From: Chlamydiota bacterium
GTDB taxonomy: Bacteria; Auribacterota; Tritonobacteria; UBA1439
Assembly: GCA_037133055.1 (NCBI GenBank)
Contig: JBAXOY010000001.1
Span: forward strand, 35,660-99,659
Reading direction: 5' to 3'
DNA length: 64,000 nucleotides
Positions 35,929 to 45,874 of this stretch are shown here, in pieces. Numbering within the stretch: position 1 is the first letter of the stretch; the number at the start of each line of letters is the position of its first letter. The notes beneath the pieces were generated by a model. The model saw only the letters and a list, made by a program, of their open reading frames with translations, ran no database searches and was not told where the DNA came from. Both the position numbers and the translations under genes were made by a program.

Positions 35929-37755
35929 ATGAAAGGCAACGCCCCGGTCGATCTGTTCGTCTACGGCACCCTCGCCTACGACCGCACCATGCGCGCCCTC
36001 ACCGGGCGCATATTCCCGAAGAGGCCCTGTGTCCTGAAAGGCTACACGCGCGTCATGCCCCCCTGCGGCTATTCCTACATCATCCCGGATAAGGGGGGCG
36101 CGGTGAACGGCTATCTCGTCGAAGGCCTGACCAGGCGCCACCTCGCCCGGCTCGACGCGTACGAGGCGGAAGGGGACATGTATCACCGGCGGCGGGTGAC
36201 TGTCGCGCGGGCGGGGAAAAACCGCCCCGCATATGCCTACGTGGCCAATCGGGACCGGATCGAGCGCCACTTCGGCGGCGGGGAAGAGACCGGCGCGAGA
36301 GATGCCTCCGTGATCGTCGACGAAATTATCGAGGAGGAAGCAGCCCGCGCCTCGGGGAAACGGCCTTCCCGCGAAACGATGACCGCCTACCGCGAGCTCC
36401 TCGATGAAACGGTCGAGGAGCTCCGCACCGCGCGCCGCGGCGGGAAACCGCTGCCGCGGGAGGAGATGCGCCGCGCCCTTCGCACCCCCGGCATCCCCAC
36501 GCTCGCGCCGCTGAAAAAGACGGACCACCCGGCGCGCCCCTACGCGGGCGCGTACCTCCGCTTCGTCGTGAGGCATATCGTCTTCAGCCACATCGAAGAA
36601 CGGATCGCAGCCCGTTTTCGCGACCTGGTCGCCCAGCCGGTGACGTTCTACTCCCGCGCGCGGAGCGCCTTTGCCGCCCTGGCGTCCGTGAACGAGAAGA
36701 AAGACGAGATCGAGGAGTCCATCGAGCGCGAGGGATGCGGCAGTCTCCGGGACGACTGGGACTACCTCGAGTACGCCCTCCGCGGGCTCCGTATCGCCTC
36801 GCGCGTCTTTGACGCCTGCAACGCCGCGGGGGCCTGCCGCCTCGCCAGGAGGGACGCGCAGCCCGGGGCCATTCCACTCGGGGCCGAGCTCGAGTTCAGC
36901 AATCTCGGCGCGCGCGCGATCGGCGCCGCGCCGGGGCAGGACCCCGAGTTCGATGGTTTCTACTACGTCCGGGACTTCGACCTCATCCGGAGGGGCTGGA
37001 AGCTCGGGCTACACGTGGACAACCATCGCGCGGTCTGCGCGCCCGGGGAACGCTGCAGGGGGTTCCTCGAGTACGCGCTCGGGCGGTGGAGGATCGCCGC
37101 CGACCTCTCCAGGCCGGTGACCAACGACCCGTGTCTCCTCGCGGGGCTCGTCCGGGAAGCGGCGGCGTTCTGCGGGATACCGGCCCACAGCCTCCATCTC
37201 TCCCTCGAGATCCCCCCGGGGCGCCCGTATGGGCCGGTGGAGCAGCCAAGCGACCTCCTCTGCCTGCTGCTTCTCGGGGGTGACCTGCGGCGGGACGAGT
37301 CGGGAACGATGCGGGAGATGCGAATCCGCAACCGCGAGATCGAGGATGACCGCGGCGGGCTTTACTTCTCCAGGGAAAATGTCCACTCCTCCGACGGGGA
37401 GATGCAATCCGAGGTCATCGAGTACCAGTTCCCGAGGCTCAAAACGGGACACGACTTCACGCCGCTCATCATGGCCCTCAAGGGGTTCCAGCTCGCCGGG
37501 AATCCCCACCCCGTGAACCCGTTCATGGCCGGCGGCGACTACCGCCCCGACCACCCGCTGCTGAAGGAGTTGAAGCGCTGGGCCGAATGCCCGTGTCCGC
37601 TCCCGGGCGCGGCGATCGGCCGGTTCCTCTCCCGCGTCGAGGCGGGGCTGAACTCGGAGTTGTCCGGCGCGCCCGCCCACTCGCCCGCCTTCATCAGAAA
37701 CTCGATCGAATCCGTGGCGCGCAAGCTCCGCGACGCGAACGATTCGCTGCGCTGA
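35929..37755 (+). CDS. Gamma-glutamylcyclotransferase (AIG2-like) domain fused to a putative COOH-NH2 ligase (GCS/amidoligase-like) domain
   Basis: N-terminal LFVYGTL...LARLDAYEAEGDMYHR; C-terminal LGAELEF...FLEYAL...HSLHLSLE...VIEYQFPR; alternative start at 35920. Confidence 0.7.
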   Translation: MKGNAPVDLFVYGTLAYDRTMRALTGRIFPKRPCVLKGYTRVMPPCGYSYIIPDKGGAVNGYLVEGLTRRHLARLDAYEAEGDMYHRRRVTVARAGKNRPAYAYVANRDRIERHFGGGEETGARDASVIVDEIIEEEAARASGKRPSRETMTAYRELLDETVEELRTARRGGKPLPREEMRRALRTPGIPTLAPLKKTDHPARPYAGAYLRFVVRHIVFSHIEERIAARFRDLVAQPVTFYSRARSAFAALASVNEKKDEIEESIEREGCGSLRDDWDYLEYALRGLRIASRVFDACNAAGACRLARRDAQPGAIPLGAELEFSNLGARAIGAAPGQDPEFDGFYYVRDFDLIRRGWKLGLHVDNHRAVCAPGERCRGFLEYALGRWRIAADLSRPVTNDPCLLAGLVREAAAFCGIPAHSLHLSLEIPPGRPYGPVEQPSDLLCLLLLGGDLRRDESGTMREMRIRNREIEDDRGGLYFSRENVHSSDGEMQSEVIEYQFPRLKTGHDFTPLIMALKGFQLAGNPHPVNPFMAGGDYRPDHPLLKELKRWAECPCPLPGAAIGRFLSRVEAGLNSELSGAPAHSPAFIRNSIESVARKLRDANDSLR

Positions 37756-37819
37756 AGGATCCGCAGGGGCGCCTCCCGGCGGTGACACGTGGGGGGGACA
37801 GCGCATCACGTTGCGCCGC

Positions 37820-38341
37820 CTACCATCTCGGCGGGGAGACGCCCGGAGGAAGGGATTTGCCGTCGCGCGTGGTCTCCTCGGAGAGCTGCATGTATTGCTT
37901 CACGCGCCATCCAGTGGGAGTCTTAATCAGCATAGCGCTCCACCGGCTGACGGTTTGATACTTGTATTCCATGTCCGCCTTGAGCCTGAAGTTGATCGTT
38001 GTCACATAGGTGATGCTCGCGCGCGGAACCTCGACCTCCGCTTCGAGGAGCTTATAATTCGCTTGCATAGAGGCTATCTTCCCGCAATCCTTATCCGCCT
38101 TCTCCTTCCACTTCTCGATGGTCATGGTTGTCCCGTCGGCGTATCGCAGAGTTGCCTCTGGAATGGCAATAGCGGTGATCTCATCCAAATCCATTCCGCC
38201 ACGGTGGTTGAAGCCCCCCGCCGCGGCGTCCAAAAGGGCTTGGATATCTGTCCGGGCCGTCGAATCCTGGGCCCATCCGGGAGGGAGAACAATTCCCGTC
38301 GCCAGAACGCCCGCCAGAACCGCCGCCGAAAATTTTTTCAT
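37820..38341 (-). CDS. Exported NTF2/SnoaL-like (DUF4440-type) protein
   Basis: Signal peptide (GWA|QD); IQALLD helix; terminal LIKTPTGWRVK. Confidence 0.6.
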   Translation of the reverse strand: MKKFSAAVLAGVLATGIVLPPGWAQDSTARTDIQALLDAAAGGFNHRGGMDLDEITAIAIPEATLRYADGTTMTIEKWKEKADKDCGKIASMQANYKLLEAEVEVPRASITYVTTINFRLKADMEYKYQTVSRWSAMLIKTPTGWRVKQYMQLSEETTRDGKSLPPGVSPPRW

Positions 38342-38421
38342 TCCGTATCTCCATTACTCCGACACACCGGGAGTATACCCAAAAGCGCCGCCGCGCGCCG
38401 TAATTAATATTCCGGGCAGGG

Positions 38422-38658
38422 CTAATATGTGAAAAGGTCCCCGAGGGTGTAGTTCCTGCCCGAGGCCCTGTTCATCGCTTCGAGGATCCTGCGCTGGATG
38501 TGAGGCGTCAGCCGCCTGCCCTTGCAAGCCCGGGATACCATCTTGTGGGTAAGCTGTTCCGTCGACGCCGCCACGAGATCATGGGGCTTCAGGCCGCGCC
38601 CGGCCATGACCCGCGCGATCGGCTGCGCGCCGAGATCCCGCCCGCTTTCGGCACCCAT
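38422..38658 (-). CDS. Small putative HTH (XRE-like) protein
   Basis: QPIARVMAGRGLKPHDLV...LTHKMVSRACKGRRLT...DLFTY; GGAGG upstream. Confidence 0.65.
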   Translation of the reverse strand: MGAESGRDLGAQPIARVMAGRGLKPHDLVAASTEQLTHKMVSRACKGRRLTPHIQRRILEAMNRASGRNYTLGDLFTY

Positions 38659-38716
38659 CCCATGCCTCCCTCCCCGGCCTCGTACGCCCCTCGCGCGCGG
38701 TCGCGCATTGAGGCGG

Positions 38717-38890
38717 CTACATGGCGGGTTGTGCTACCGGCTTTTCGGTTTTCCAGATGGGGACTCCCAGCACCTTGACCTGATGCTTCTTCTCCTTCTT
38801 ATTGGTTTTCGTCTTGTCGCTCACCAGCGCGCACCCCGCCAGTGAGACGAAGAGCACGCAGAGCACCGCCGACGCCGTTATCCTTCTCAT
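38717..38890 (-). CDS. Small basic lipoprotein
   Basis: LAGC lipobox; Lys-rich mature part. Confidence 0.6.
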   Translation of the reverse strand: MRRITASAVLCVLFVSLAGCALVSDKTKTNKKEKKHQVKVLGVPIWKTEKPVAQPAM

Positions 38891-39004
38891 TCCCCTACCC
38901 CCTTTCCCGTGCGTCCCGGACTCTTCCGATGTGGCATCCGAGGGCACTCACGGGCACCGCTGCAACCCGCCGCCGGTCGTGTCCCGCCGAACCCGGGAAG
39001 GCAC

Positions 39005-39685
39005 TCATCCAGAGAGAGAAAAATCCCATCCCATTTCAACCGCCAGCCAATGCGGGAGGAGCAGTATCGAACGCGAGTACTCCACGCCCGCCTTTTCTAT
39101 CCGACCCTTGATCGCCTCGGTGAACCGGCGTGCCGACGCCACCACGGACCCTATCACCACCGGAGCGGGGCGTGCGGATTCCGGGTCGTGTGCGGCGCGG
39201 CAGGAACGCGGATGCGAACGGACGAAGTGCGTCCGGCAGACGACCGGTCTCACGGGATAGGCGATGCAGGAGCCGTGCACCAGCAGCGGGCAAAAATGGT
39301 CGCGCGCGGGAATATCCGTCCGCGTCCCGACCCTCGCCGCGGGATATCTCCCCGGCATGGAATTGTCCCACTCATGCCATTGCCATGTTCGCATGCGGAG
39401 CTCGCGTATCAGGGCTCGCGGCATTTCCCGCCTGATATAGCGCGCGAGGGTATGGGCCTCCGCGCTGTTCGTCATGATAAGGTACCGGCAGCAGTGGGGA
39501 CAGCCCGATGTGCACGGCGGGATGACCTCCTCTTCGCGACACAGCCGATCCAGTTCTCGCGCAATCGCCGCATCCAGTGATGCGTACACGCCCGTGACGA
39601 ATTTTTCCTGCGGCGTGATCGGGATGCCGGCCGCAGATTTCCCGGCGCGTACACCGGCCTTGCGGCCCTTGATCATGGTCGTCAT
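39005..39685 (-). CDS. YkgJ/UPF0153 cysteine-cluster (CxxxCxxCC) protein
   Basis: CTSGCPHCC and CPLLVHGSCIAYPVRPVVCRTH motifs. Confidence 0.85.
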   Translation of the reverse strand: MTTMIKGRKAGVRAGKSAAGIPITPQEKFVTGVYASLDAAIARELDRLCREEEVIPPCTSGCPHCCRYLIMTNSAEAHTLARYIRREMPRALIRELRMRTWQWHEWDNSMPGRYPAARVGTRTDIPARDHFCPLLVHGSCIAYPVRPVVCRTHFVRSHPRSCRAAHDPESARPAPVVIGSVVASARRFTEAIKGRIEKAGVEYSRSILLLPHWLAVEMGWDFSLSG

Positions 39686-39766
39686 CCCCGCTTCTCCGGG
39701 AAGGACCCCGGACATGTTTCGGGATCAATCGTGCATTTTCAACAAGATAACGCGACCCCGATTCAA

Positions 39767-40891
39767 TCAAACAAGATGCTTGATGAAACACCTTCTCCGC
39801 TTATGCTGTCGCTTATCAAAGTATTTCCACTGCTCCCGGACATGCCTGTTCGTCTCGAGTTCCGGATTTGATTCGACCCTGATGATGCCGAATGCATTAA
39901 ACGCCTCATGCATCTTCTGGATCACCACCGCATTCACGCCCTTGCCCTGGTATTCGGACCTCACTGCCATCAAATAGAGGTCCGCCTGGTCATTTTTCCG
40001 GAGTGCGCGCATGATATGGATGAATCCGCACGGGAACAGTCTTCCCCCCGCCTTCTGGAGCGCCCTCGACAGCGAGGGGATCGCGATGCCGAACGCGACC
40101 ATGCGGTTGTTCTTGTCAAGCACCACCGGCGCGAATGCCGGGGTGATGAAGTTGAAATACTTGTGTATGTACGCATCGACCTGACGTTCCGTCAACGGCG
40201 CCGCGGCGTACTGGTACTGGTATTCATCCTCGATCACACGGAAGAGATCCCTGGCATACGGCAGCAGCTCTTTTCTGTTTCGCACCTCCAGCGTGTGCAG
40301 CGCATAGCGCCGCAGCACCACATCGGCAATCCTGGAGATTTTCTCATGGGGTTTGAGCGGGCCCACCAGCTCGTATTCCACCCAGTCGGCATCTTTTACA
40401 TATCCCAGTTTCTCCATATGCGCCGCGTAGTAGGGGTGGTTATAGATCGTGGCCAGTGTGCCGAGTTCGTCGAACCCCTCTACCAGCATGCCCTCCGGAT
40501 CGAGGTTGGCGAAACCCAGGGGTCCGTGCACCTCGGTCATGCCCGTCGACCGCGCCCATGACTCGACCGTCGTCAGCAGGGCCTCCGACACGGCCGCATC
40601 GTCGACAAAGTCGATCCAGCCGAACCGCATCGCGCGCCGCTTCCACTTCCGGATGTACAGCCGGTTGAGTATGCCCGCGATACGGCCGACCATGCGGCCC
40701 CGGCGGTACGCCAGCCAGTACCTCGCCTCGCAATTTTGGAAGGCGGGATTCTTGTCCCTGCGGAGGGTGTGGTACTGATCCATGAAGAGGGGAGGGACCC
40801 AATTCGGGTTGTCGCGGTACAGCGTATGGGGAAAGCGGATGAAGGATTTCAACTCCTTCCGGGTAACGACTTCCCGTACCTGCACGTCCAT
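39767..40891 (-). CDS. YghO-like GNAT-fold N-acetyltransferase
   Basis: FIRFPHTLY...WVPPL, GRIAGILN, GPLGF...EGMLVEGFD, YNHPYY and AVRSEYQGKGVNA motifs. Confidence 0.8.
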   Translation of the reverse strand: MDVQVREVVTRKELKSFIRFPHTLYRDNPNWVPPLFMDQYHTLRRDKNPAFQNCEARYWLAYRRGRMVGRIAGILNRLYIRKWKRRAMRFGWIDFVDDAAVSEALLTTVESWARSTGMTEVHGPLGFANLDPEGMLVEGFDELGTLATIYNHPYYAAHMEKLGYVKDADWVEYELVGPLKPHEKISRIADVVLRRYALHTLEVRNRKELLPYARDLFRVIEDEYQYQYAAAPLTERQVDAYIHKYFNFITPAFAPVVLDKNNRMVAFGIAIPSLSRALQKAGGRLFPCGFIHIMRALRKNDQADLYLMAVRSEYQGKGVNAVVIQKMHEAFNAFGIIRVESNPELETNRHVREQWKYFDKRQHKRRRCFIKHLV

Positions 40892-40953
40892 GGTGTCACT
40901 CTTCAAGGCGGCCGGTCCTGCCCGGCGGTATCGTCGGGGTGAGGCCGCGATGA

Positions 40954-41226
40954 TCATATGCCGATGGTGCTCAACGCGTCTATCACCCGCCCCACGGCCA
41001 TCGTCAGGGAGAGGTGCGACGCCTCGAAGTGCCGGGCGGATTCCGTGAGTTTTTCGAGAAACTGCTGGTGCCGATGCGCCGGGATTTCCCCGCCGCCGTC
41101 GATGAGCGTTTCGATTTCATCCAGCATGCCCTGGATGCGCTCGCGGACGCCGGCATCGACCGGCCGGGCCTTCCGGAGTTCGGCACGGAGTTCATGGATC
41201 GTTGTGCGAAGCCTTTGCTCCTTCAT
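40954..41226 (-). CDS. DUF4404-family protein
   Basis: HFEASHLSLTMAVGRVIDALSTIGI C-terminus. Confidence 0.8.
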   Translation of the reverse strand: MKEQRLRTTIHELRAELRKARPVDAGVRERIQGMLDEIETLIDGGGEIPAHRHQQFLEKLTESARHFEASHLSLTMAVGRVIDALSTIGI

Positions 41227-41768
41227 GCGCTATCCCTTTCCTGTCCCGCGGCCACGCAGTCGACCTGCGGGCTGTAGACGACCCTATTCTCCATCTCCTC
41301 CCTCATCTCGCGCAATGCCAATCCGGCGTCATACTCCGCATTGAACATGAAGGGCTTCCCATCGAGGATATAACGGTAGATGAAGCAATCCGTCACGGGG
41401 GTGGGGATTTTCAGCAGGTCTGCGGGGCTGATCCATTCCAGAACGCCCTCATTGCAGCCGGGCGGTTCCCGGCGGTCCACATCCGCGATGTAGACAAAGC
41501 AGATCCAGTTGTATTCCGCCGGCGAGCTCTCCACCAGGACCCCGCAATAGCGCGCGTCCGTGATCTCAATCCCCGTCTCCTCGCGGGTCTCCCGTATCAC
41601 CGCGTCACGCGGGCTCTCGAACGGGTTGATCTTCCCTCCCACCGGCGTGTACATCCCCTTGTTCGGGTCTCTGTACCTCTTGAGAAGAAGGTACCGGTCC
41701 CCCGATCTCAGGATGCAGAGAACCGCGGGCTGCTTGTGGCCGTGGGGAACGAACACGGGCGTCTCCAT
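41223..41768 (-). CDS. Nudix hydrolase (MutT/8-oxo-dGTPase-like)
   Basis: GGKINPFESPRDAVIRETREETGI Nudix box; CNEGVLEWI. Confidence 0.9.
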   Translation of the reverse strand: METPVFVPHGHKQPAVLCILRSGDRYLLLKRYRDPNKGMYTPVGGKINPFESPRDAVIRETREETGIEITDARYCGVLVESSPAEYNWICFVYIADVDRREPPGCNEGVLEWISPADLLKIPTPVTDCFIYRYILDGKPFMFNAEYDAGLALREMREEMENRVVYSPQVDCVAAGQERDSA

Positions 41769-41784
41769 TCTCCAAAGGGTGCAA

Positions 41785-41834
41785 GGAGCCTGTCCGAGCA
41801 ATGGATCTCGACGCCCACTACTCGGACAGGCTCC
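41785..41834. mobile_element. Minimal copy of the same MITE family
   Basis: GGAGCCTGTCCGAG-caatggatctcgacgcccacta-CTCGGACAGGCTCC followed by TAG. Confidence 0.75.
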
Positions 41835-41919
41835 TAGGATATCAAATAATCCGCCGGGGTGTACCCGCGCGCACGGAATTGATTACCGGCACGTGAACGG
41901 ATTCATTATACTATCTTCC

Positions 41920-43506
41920 ATGTGGGAAGTCCCATGTTTAATGCTCGCTTCCTTTTTATGCGCCGCGGCGCCCGGGGCATCCCCCGCGGCATTGACGGGC
42001 GCCGGCGATGGAGAGACCATGCGATTCGTGATCGACGATATGCGCCTCGAGGCGGAGGCGCTCATCCTTGAGCAGGGTGTGCGCTCCTGGGAGAACCGCG
42101 TCTACGGCGACCAGGTGGACATCGCCCAGACGTACGCGGGACACGAGAGACTCTTCAGTCCCGGGGCGATCGCGGCGGTCGAGCGGGCGATCGGGGCCGC
42201 GGCGGAGCCGAGGGATAAGAAGGCCCTCCGCTACTTCACGCGCTACCTGCTCTCGGAGCAGATCGACAAGGCCGTGGCGCCCCTGAGCGACAGGATCCGC
42301 AACACCGAGTCGGGCTCGGAGACAGTCGTGGACGGGGGGAAGGTCCCCTACCCCCAGCTCGCCGTCCTCCTCGCCACCGAGGCCGACTACGCGAAGCGGC
42401 AGCGGATCTCCGACGCCGCCCTCCCCGTGCTCGCGAAGATCGAGCCCGACGGGGTCGAAAAGGAGGAGAAAAGCCGGGCGCTCGCGCGCGCGCTCGGCTT
42501 CGACTCCTACAACGCCCTGAGCGAGGAGCTCCGGTCGTTCTCCCTCGACGCGCTCGCCCGGGACTGCGAAACAATCCTCGCCACGACGGAGCCCGCCTAC
42601 GCAACGCTGCTCAAAAAGGTGACCCCCGAGTTCATCGGCGTTCCCGTCGAGAAGCTCCGGCGGTGCGACATCGCCCGGATGTTCCAGCTTGACCGGTACA
42701 AGGGCGGTTTCCCCGCCGCGGGGCTGATGCCGGCGGTCTCCTCCACGCTCGGGGGGATGGGAATCGACCTGAGGGAGCAGAAGAACATCCTCATCCACGA
42801 CGAGCCCCTGCCGAAGAAGAATCCCCGCGCGGCCTGTTTCGGCCTGAAGGTTCCAGACGACATACGCCTCACCGTCAAGCCGACCGGGGGCGTTCCGGAC
42901 TACGAGACGCTCCTGCACGAGATGGGGCACGCCCAGCATTTCGCGAACACGCGGACCGACCATTTCGAGTTCGCGCAGCTCGGGGACAACACGGTGACGG
43001 AGGCGTACGCATTCCTCTTCGAGGAGCTGATGGACGACCCGGCGTGGGTGCGGGAGCACACCGCCCTCCCCCCCGCCGATCTGGAGGCCTACGGCGAGTT
43101 CCGGAGATTTTCACGGCTCTATTTCGCCCGCCGCTACGCCGCGAAAATACTCTACGAGCGAGAGCTCCACTCGGGGGCGTCCGATCCGAGGGAGATCTAC
43201 CGGAAGACGCTCTCCCGCGCCTACGGGTTCCCCCTGGACGGGAGGGACGCCGCGCGCTACCTGAGCGACGTGGACGACTACTACTATGCGGCGGACTATC
43301 TCCGCGCCTGGTTCCTGAAGGCGCAGATCGAGAAGGCGCTCAAAGACAAGTTCGGCGAACGGTGGTTCAAAAATCCCCGGACAGGGGCGTTTTTGAAGTC
43401 GTTGTGGCGCTACGGCCAGGAGCTGAACGGCGACGAGCTCGCGAGGCATCTCGGCTATGCGGGCCTCACACCTGCGTTGTTCATACACAATCTACTGGGA
43501 GAGTGA
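41920..43506 (+). CDS. Gluzincin metallopeptidase (M3/M2-like)
   Basis: KNPRAACF, LLHEMGHAQH...DNTVTEAYAFLFE and YAADYLRAW motifs. Confidence 0.8.
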   Translation: MWEVPCLMLASFLCAAAPGASPAALTGAGDGETMRFVIDDMRLEAEALILEQGVRSWENRVYGDQVDIAQTYAGHERLFSPGAIAAVERAIGAAAEPRDKKALRYFTRYLLSEQIDKAVAPLSDRIRNTESGSETVVDGGKVPYPQLAVLLATEADYAKRQRISDAALPVLAKIEPDGVEKEEKSRALARALGFDSYNALSEELRSFSLDALARDCETILATTEPAYATLLKKVTPEFIGVPVEKLRRCDIARMFQLDRYKGGFPAAGLMPAVSSTLGGMGIDLREQKNILIHDEPLPKKNPRAACFGLKVPDDIRLTVKPTGGVPDYETLLHEMGHAQHFANTRTDHFEFAQLGDNTVTEAYAFLFEELMDDPAWVREHTALPPADLEAYGEFRRFSRLYFARRYAAKILYERELHSGASDPREIYRKTLSRAYGFPLDGRDAARYLSDVDDYYYAADYLRAWFLKAQIEKALKDKFGERWFKNPRTGAFLKSLWRYGQELNGDELARHLGYAGLTPALFIHNLLGE

Positions 43507-44280
43507 ATGAGATCTTTCATGGAAGTCGCGGTGCGCGCCGCGCGCGAGGCGGGCGCGATCATCAGGCGTGATTTCGGCAGGCCCTCCGGCGTGAGCTTCA
43601 AGGCCAGGATGAACCCGGTCACGGAAACCGATCTGGCGGCGGAGCGCGCGGTCGTATCCGTCCTCGCGCGGGAGTTCCCATCCCACGACATCCTGACGGA
43701 GGAATCGGCTCAGGCCCCGCGCCGCTCGGAGTACCTCTGGGTCATCGACCCGATGGACGGCACCGTCAACTTCACGCACAACTACCCGTGCGTCTGCGCG
43801 TCGGTGGGGTTGATGCGCGGGGATGAAATTATCGCCGGCGCCGTGTTCGACCCGATCCACGGCGAGCTCTTCGCCGCCGGGAAGGGCGATGGGGCAACGC
43901 TGAACGGGTCGCCCCTTCGCGTCTCCTCAGTCCCCTCGCTCGAGGGGAGCCTCCTCTGCACCGGTTTTCCCTACCGGCTCGTGGAGAACCCCGGGGATAC
44001 GTTCCGTGTCTTTGAGCGCATCTCTCTTCTCGTTCAGGGCGTCAGGCGGGACGGCTCCGCGGCGCTCGACATCTGCTATGTGGCGGCGGGGCGGTTCGAG
44101 GGATTCTGGGAGCGGGAACTCAGGCCCTGGGACACGGCGGCGGGCGTGCTGATCCTCAGGGAGGCGGGAGGCCGGGCGACGGATTTCGCGGGGAAGGAGT
44201 TCGACCCGTTCATGAAGGAGATCGCCTGCACGAATAGCCTCGTCCACGAGGAGATGCTCGGCCTCTTCCGGACGGCGTGA
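43507..44280 (+). CDS. suhB: Inositol monophosphatase family protein
   Basis: VTETD, WVIDPMDGTVNF, RRDGSAALDICYVAAGRFEGFWE and PWDTAAG motifs. Confidence 0.92.
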   Translation: MRSFMEVAVRAAREAGAIIRRDFGRPSGVSFKARMNPVTETDLAAERAVVSVLAREFPSHDILTEESAQAPRRSEYLWVIDPMDGTVNFTHNYPCVCASVGLMRGDEIIAGAVFDPIHGELFAAGKGDGATLNGSPLRVSSVPSLEGSLLCTGFPYRLVENPGDTFRVFERISLLVQGVRRDGSAALDICYVAAGRFEGFWERELRPWDTAAGVLILREAGGRATDFAGKEFDPFMKEIACTNSLVHEEMLGLFRTA

Positions 44281-44410
44281 CCCCCCGGGAAGGCCCCGGG
44301 TCCCGACCCTTTTCTACGAGAGGAACTGAATGCTCAAGGGGCGGCTCGGATATTGTTTTTATGCTAGAATTCGCACGCTGAAAACGCCTGACCACGGAGC
44401 GACCTTCCCG

Positions 44411-45874
44411 ATGAAGCCGGCATCCGGCCGCATCGCGCGGTTCCTGGCATGCGCCGCGCTGGCGGCGATGTGCGGCGGAGGGGCCCGCGCCGAGCAGGGG
44501 GATGCAACCGCTCCCCCCCTCCCCCTCCAGGGGGGAGGGGATGCGATGCGCAGGAGCGGAGACGCCGCGCCGGTCCTCACCTTCGACGAGTGCGTCCGGA
44601 GGGTGCTCGCCTGGTACCCGGTTTTGAAGAAGCAGCACGCGCGCGTCGACGAGGCGCTCGCGGAGCGCGCGCTCGCGGTGAGCGGCCTCCTCCCCCGCGG
44701 GCGGGGCGTCGCCTCCGTGACGGCCACCGACAGCCCGCTGAACGTCTTCGGGATGCTGCTCAACCAGCGCTCCGTCACGATGCGGGATTTTGAGCCGGAC
44801 AACGTCAACAATCCGGGGCGCCGGACGAACTTCAACTTCGGCCTCCAGGGCGAGATGCCCCTCTTCAACGCATTCCAGACCTTCTATGCCATCCGCGCGG
44901 CGAAGCTCTCCGTCGAGGCATCCAGGGGGCAGGAATCGTTCACCGGGATGGAGGCCTCCCTCCTCGCCGCGGAGGCGTACCTGCGGCTCCTGCTCTGCGA
45001 GAGGACCTATGCCCTCGCGGAGCGTGTGCACGCGGACGGGGAGAAGGATATCCGGGAGGCGGAGAGCCTCAAGGAGCGGGGGATGATACTCGGCGCGGAC
45101 TTCTACGCCGCGAAGGTGATTCAGGGCGGCATCACGCAGACGGAGCGGAGGTGCGACGCCCGGCGACGCGCGGCGCGGCTCCTGCTGAACATCCTTATGA
45201 ACGAGGACCCCGCGAGGGACTACGCGATCGAGGGCGCGCTCCCCTCCGGCACGCGCGAGGCGAAGCCGCTCGCCGACTGGCTCTCCGCGGCCGAAAAGGC
45301 GCGCCCGGACCTCGCCGCGGTCCGGGCGGGCGTCAAGGCGCAGGAGGCCATCCTTTCGAAGGAAAAGACCTCGATACTCCCCCGCGTCAGCGCCCTCGGC
45401 GCCGTGGAGGAGAACACGCGCGACATGCGGCACGGGGCGGGAAACTACACGATGGGGTTCGCGGGGAATATGGATTTTCTCGACCCGTCGTATCTCCCGA
45501 GGATACAGCGGGCGCGCGGGCGCATGGAACAGCTCATACAGGACGAGGCGATCCTCATGGACTCGATCCGGCGGTCCATCTCGGAGGCGTACGAGAACTA
45601 CGGGGCGGTCAGGTTCAATCTCCCGGTCCTCGCGCAGGCGGGGGCCGACGCCCGCGAGGCGGTGAACCTCACCGCCCCCCTCTACCGCGAGGGGAGAAAG
45701 TCGATCAAGGACCTTCTCGAGATAAGGAACATGTCCCTCGGCATGGATTCGGCCGCGGACCAGCTCCGCTACGACTCGGAGCTCGGGTATGCCACGCTGC
45801 TCTTCCTCTCGGGATCGCTCGGGGAGCCGGAGATCAGGGAGATGGGGCGGCGGATAGCGGGAGCGGGGCAATGA
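44411..45874 (+). CDS. TolC-family outer membrane protein
   Basis: Signal peptide; TDSPLNVFGMLLNQ, RPDLAAVR and YREGRKSIKDLL motifs. Confidence 0.85.
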   Translation: MKPASGRIARFLACAALAAMCGGGARAEQGDATAPPLPLQGGGDAMRRSGDAAPVLTFDECVRRVLAWYPVLKKQHARVDEALAERALAVSGLLPRGRGVASVTATDSPLNVFGMLLNQRSVTMRDFEPDNVNNPGRRTNFNFGLQGEMPLFNAFQTFYAIRAAKLSVEASRGQESFTGMEASLLAAEAYLRLLLCERTYALAERVHADGEKDIREAESLKERGMILGADFYAAKVIQGGITQTERRCDARRRAARLLLNILMNEDPARDYAIEGALPSGTREAKPLADWLSAAEKARPDLAAVRAGVKAQEAILSKEKTSILPRVSALGAVEENTRDMRHGAGNYTMGFAGNMDFLDPSYLPRIQRARGRMEQLIQDEAILMDSIRRSISEAYENYGAVRFNLPVLAQAGADAREAVNLTAPLYREGRKSIKDLLEIRNMSLGMDSAADQLRYDSELGYATLLFLSGSLGEPEIREMGRRIAGAGQ

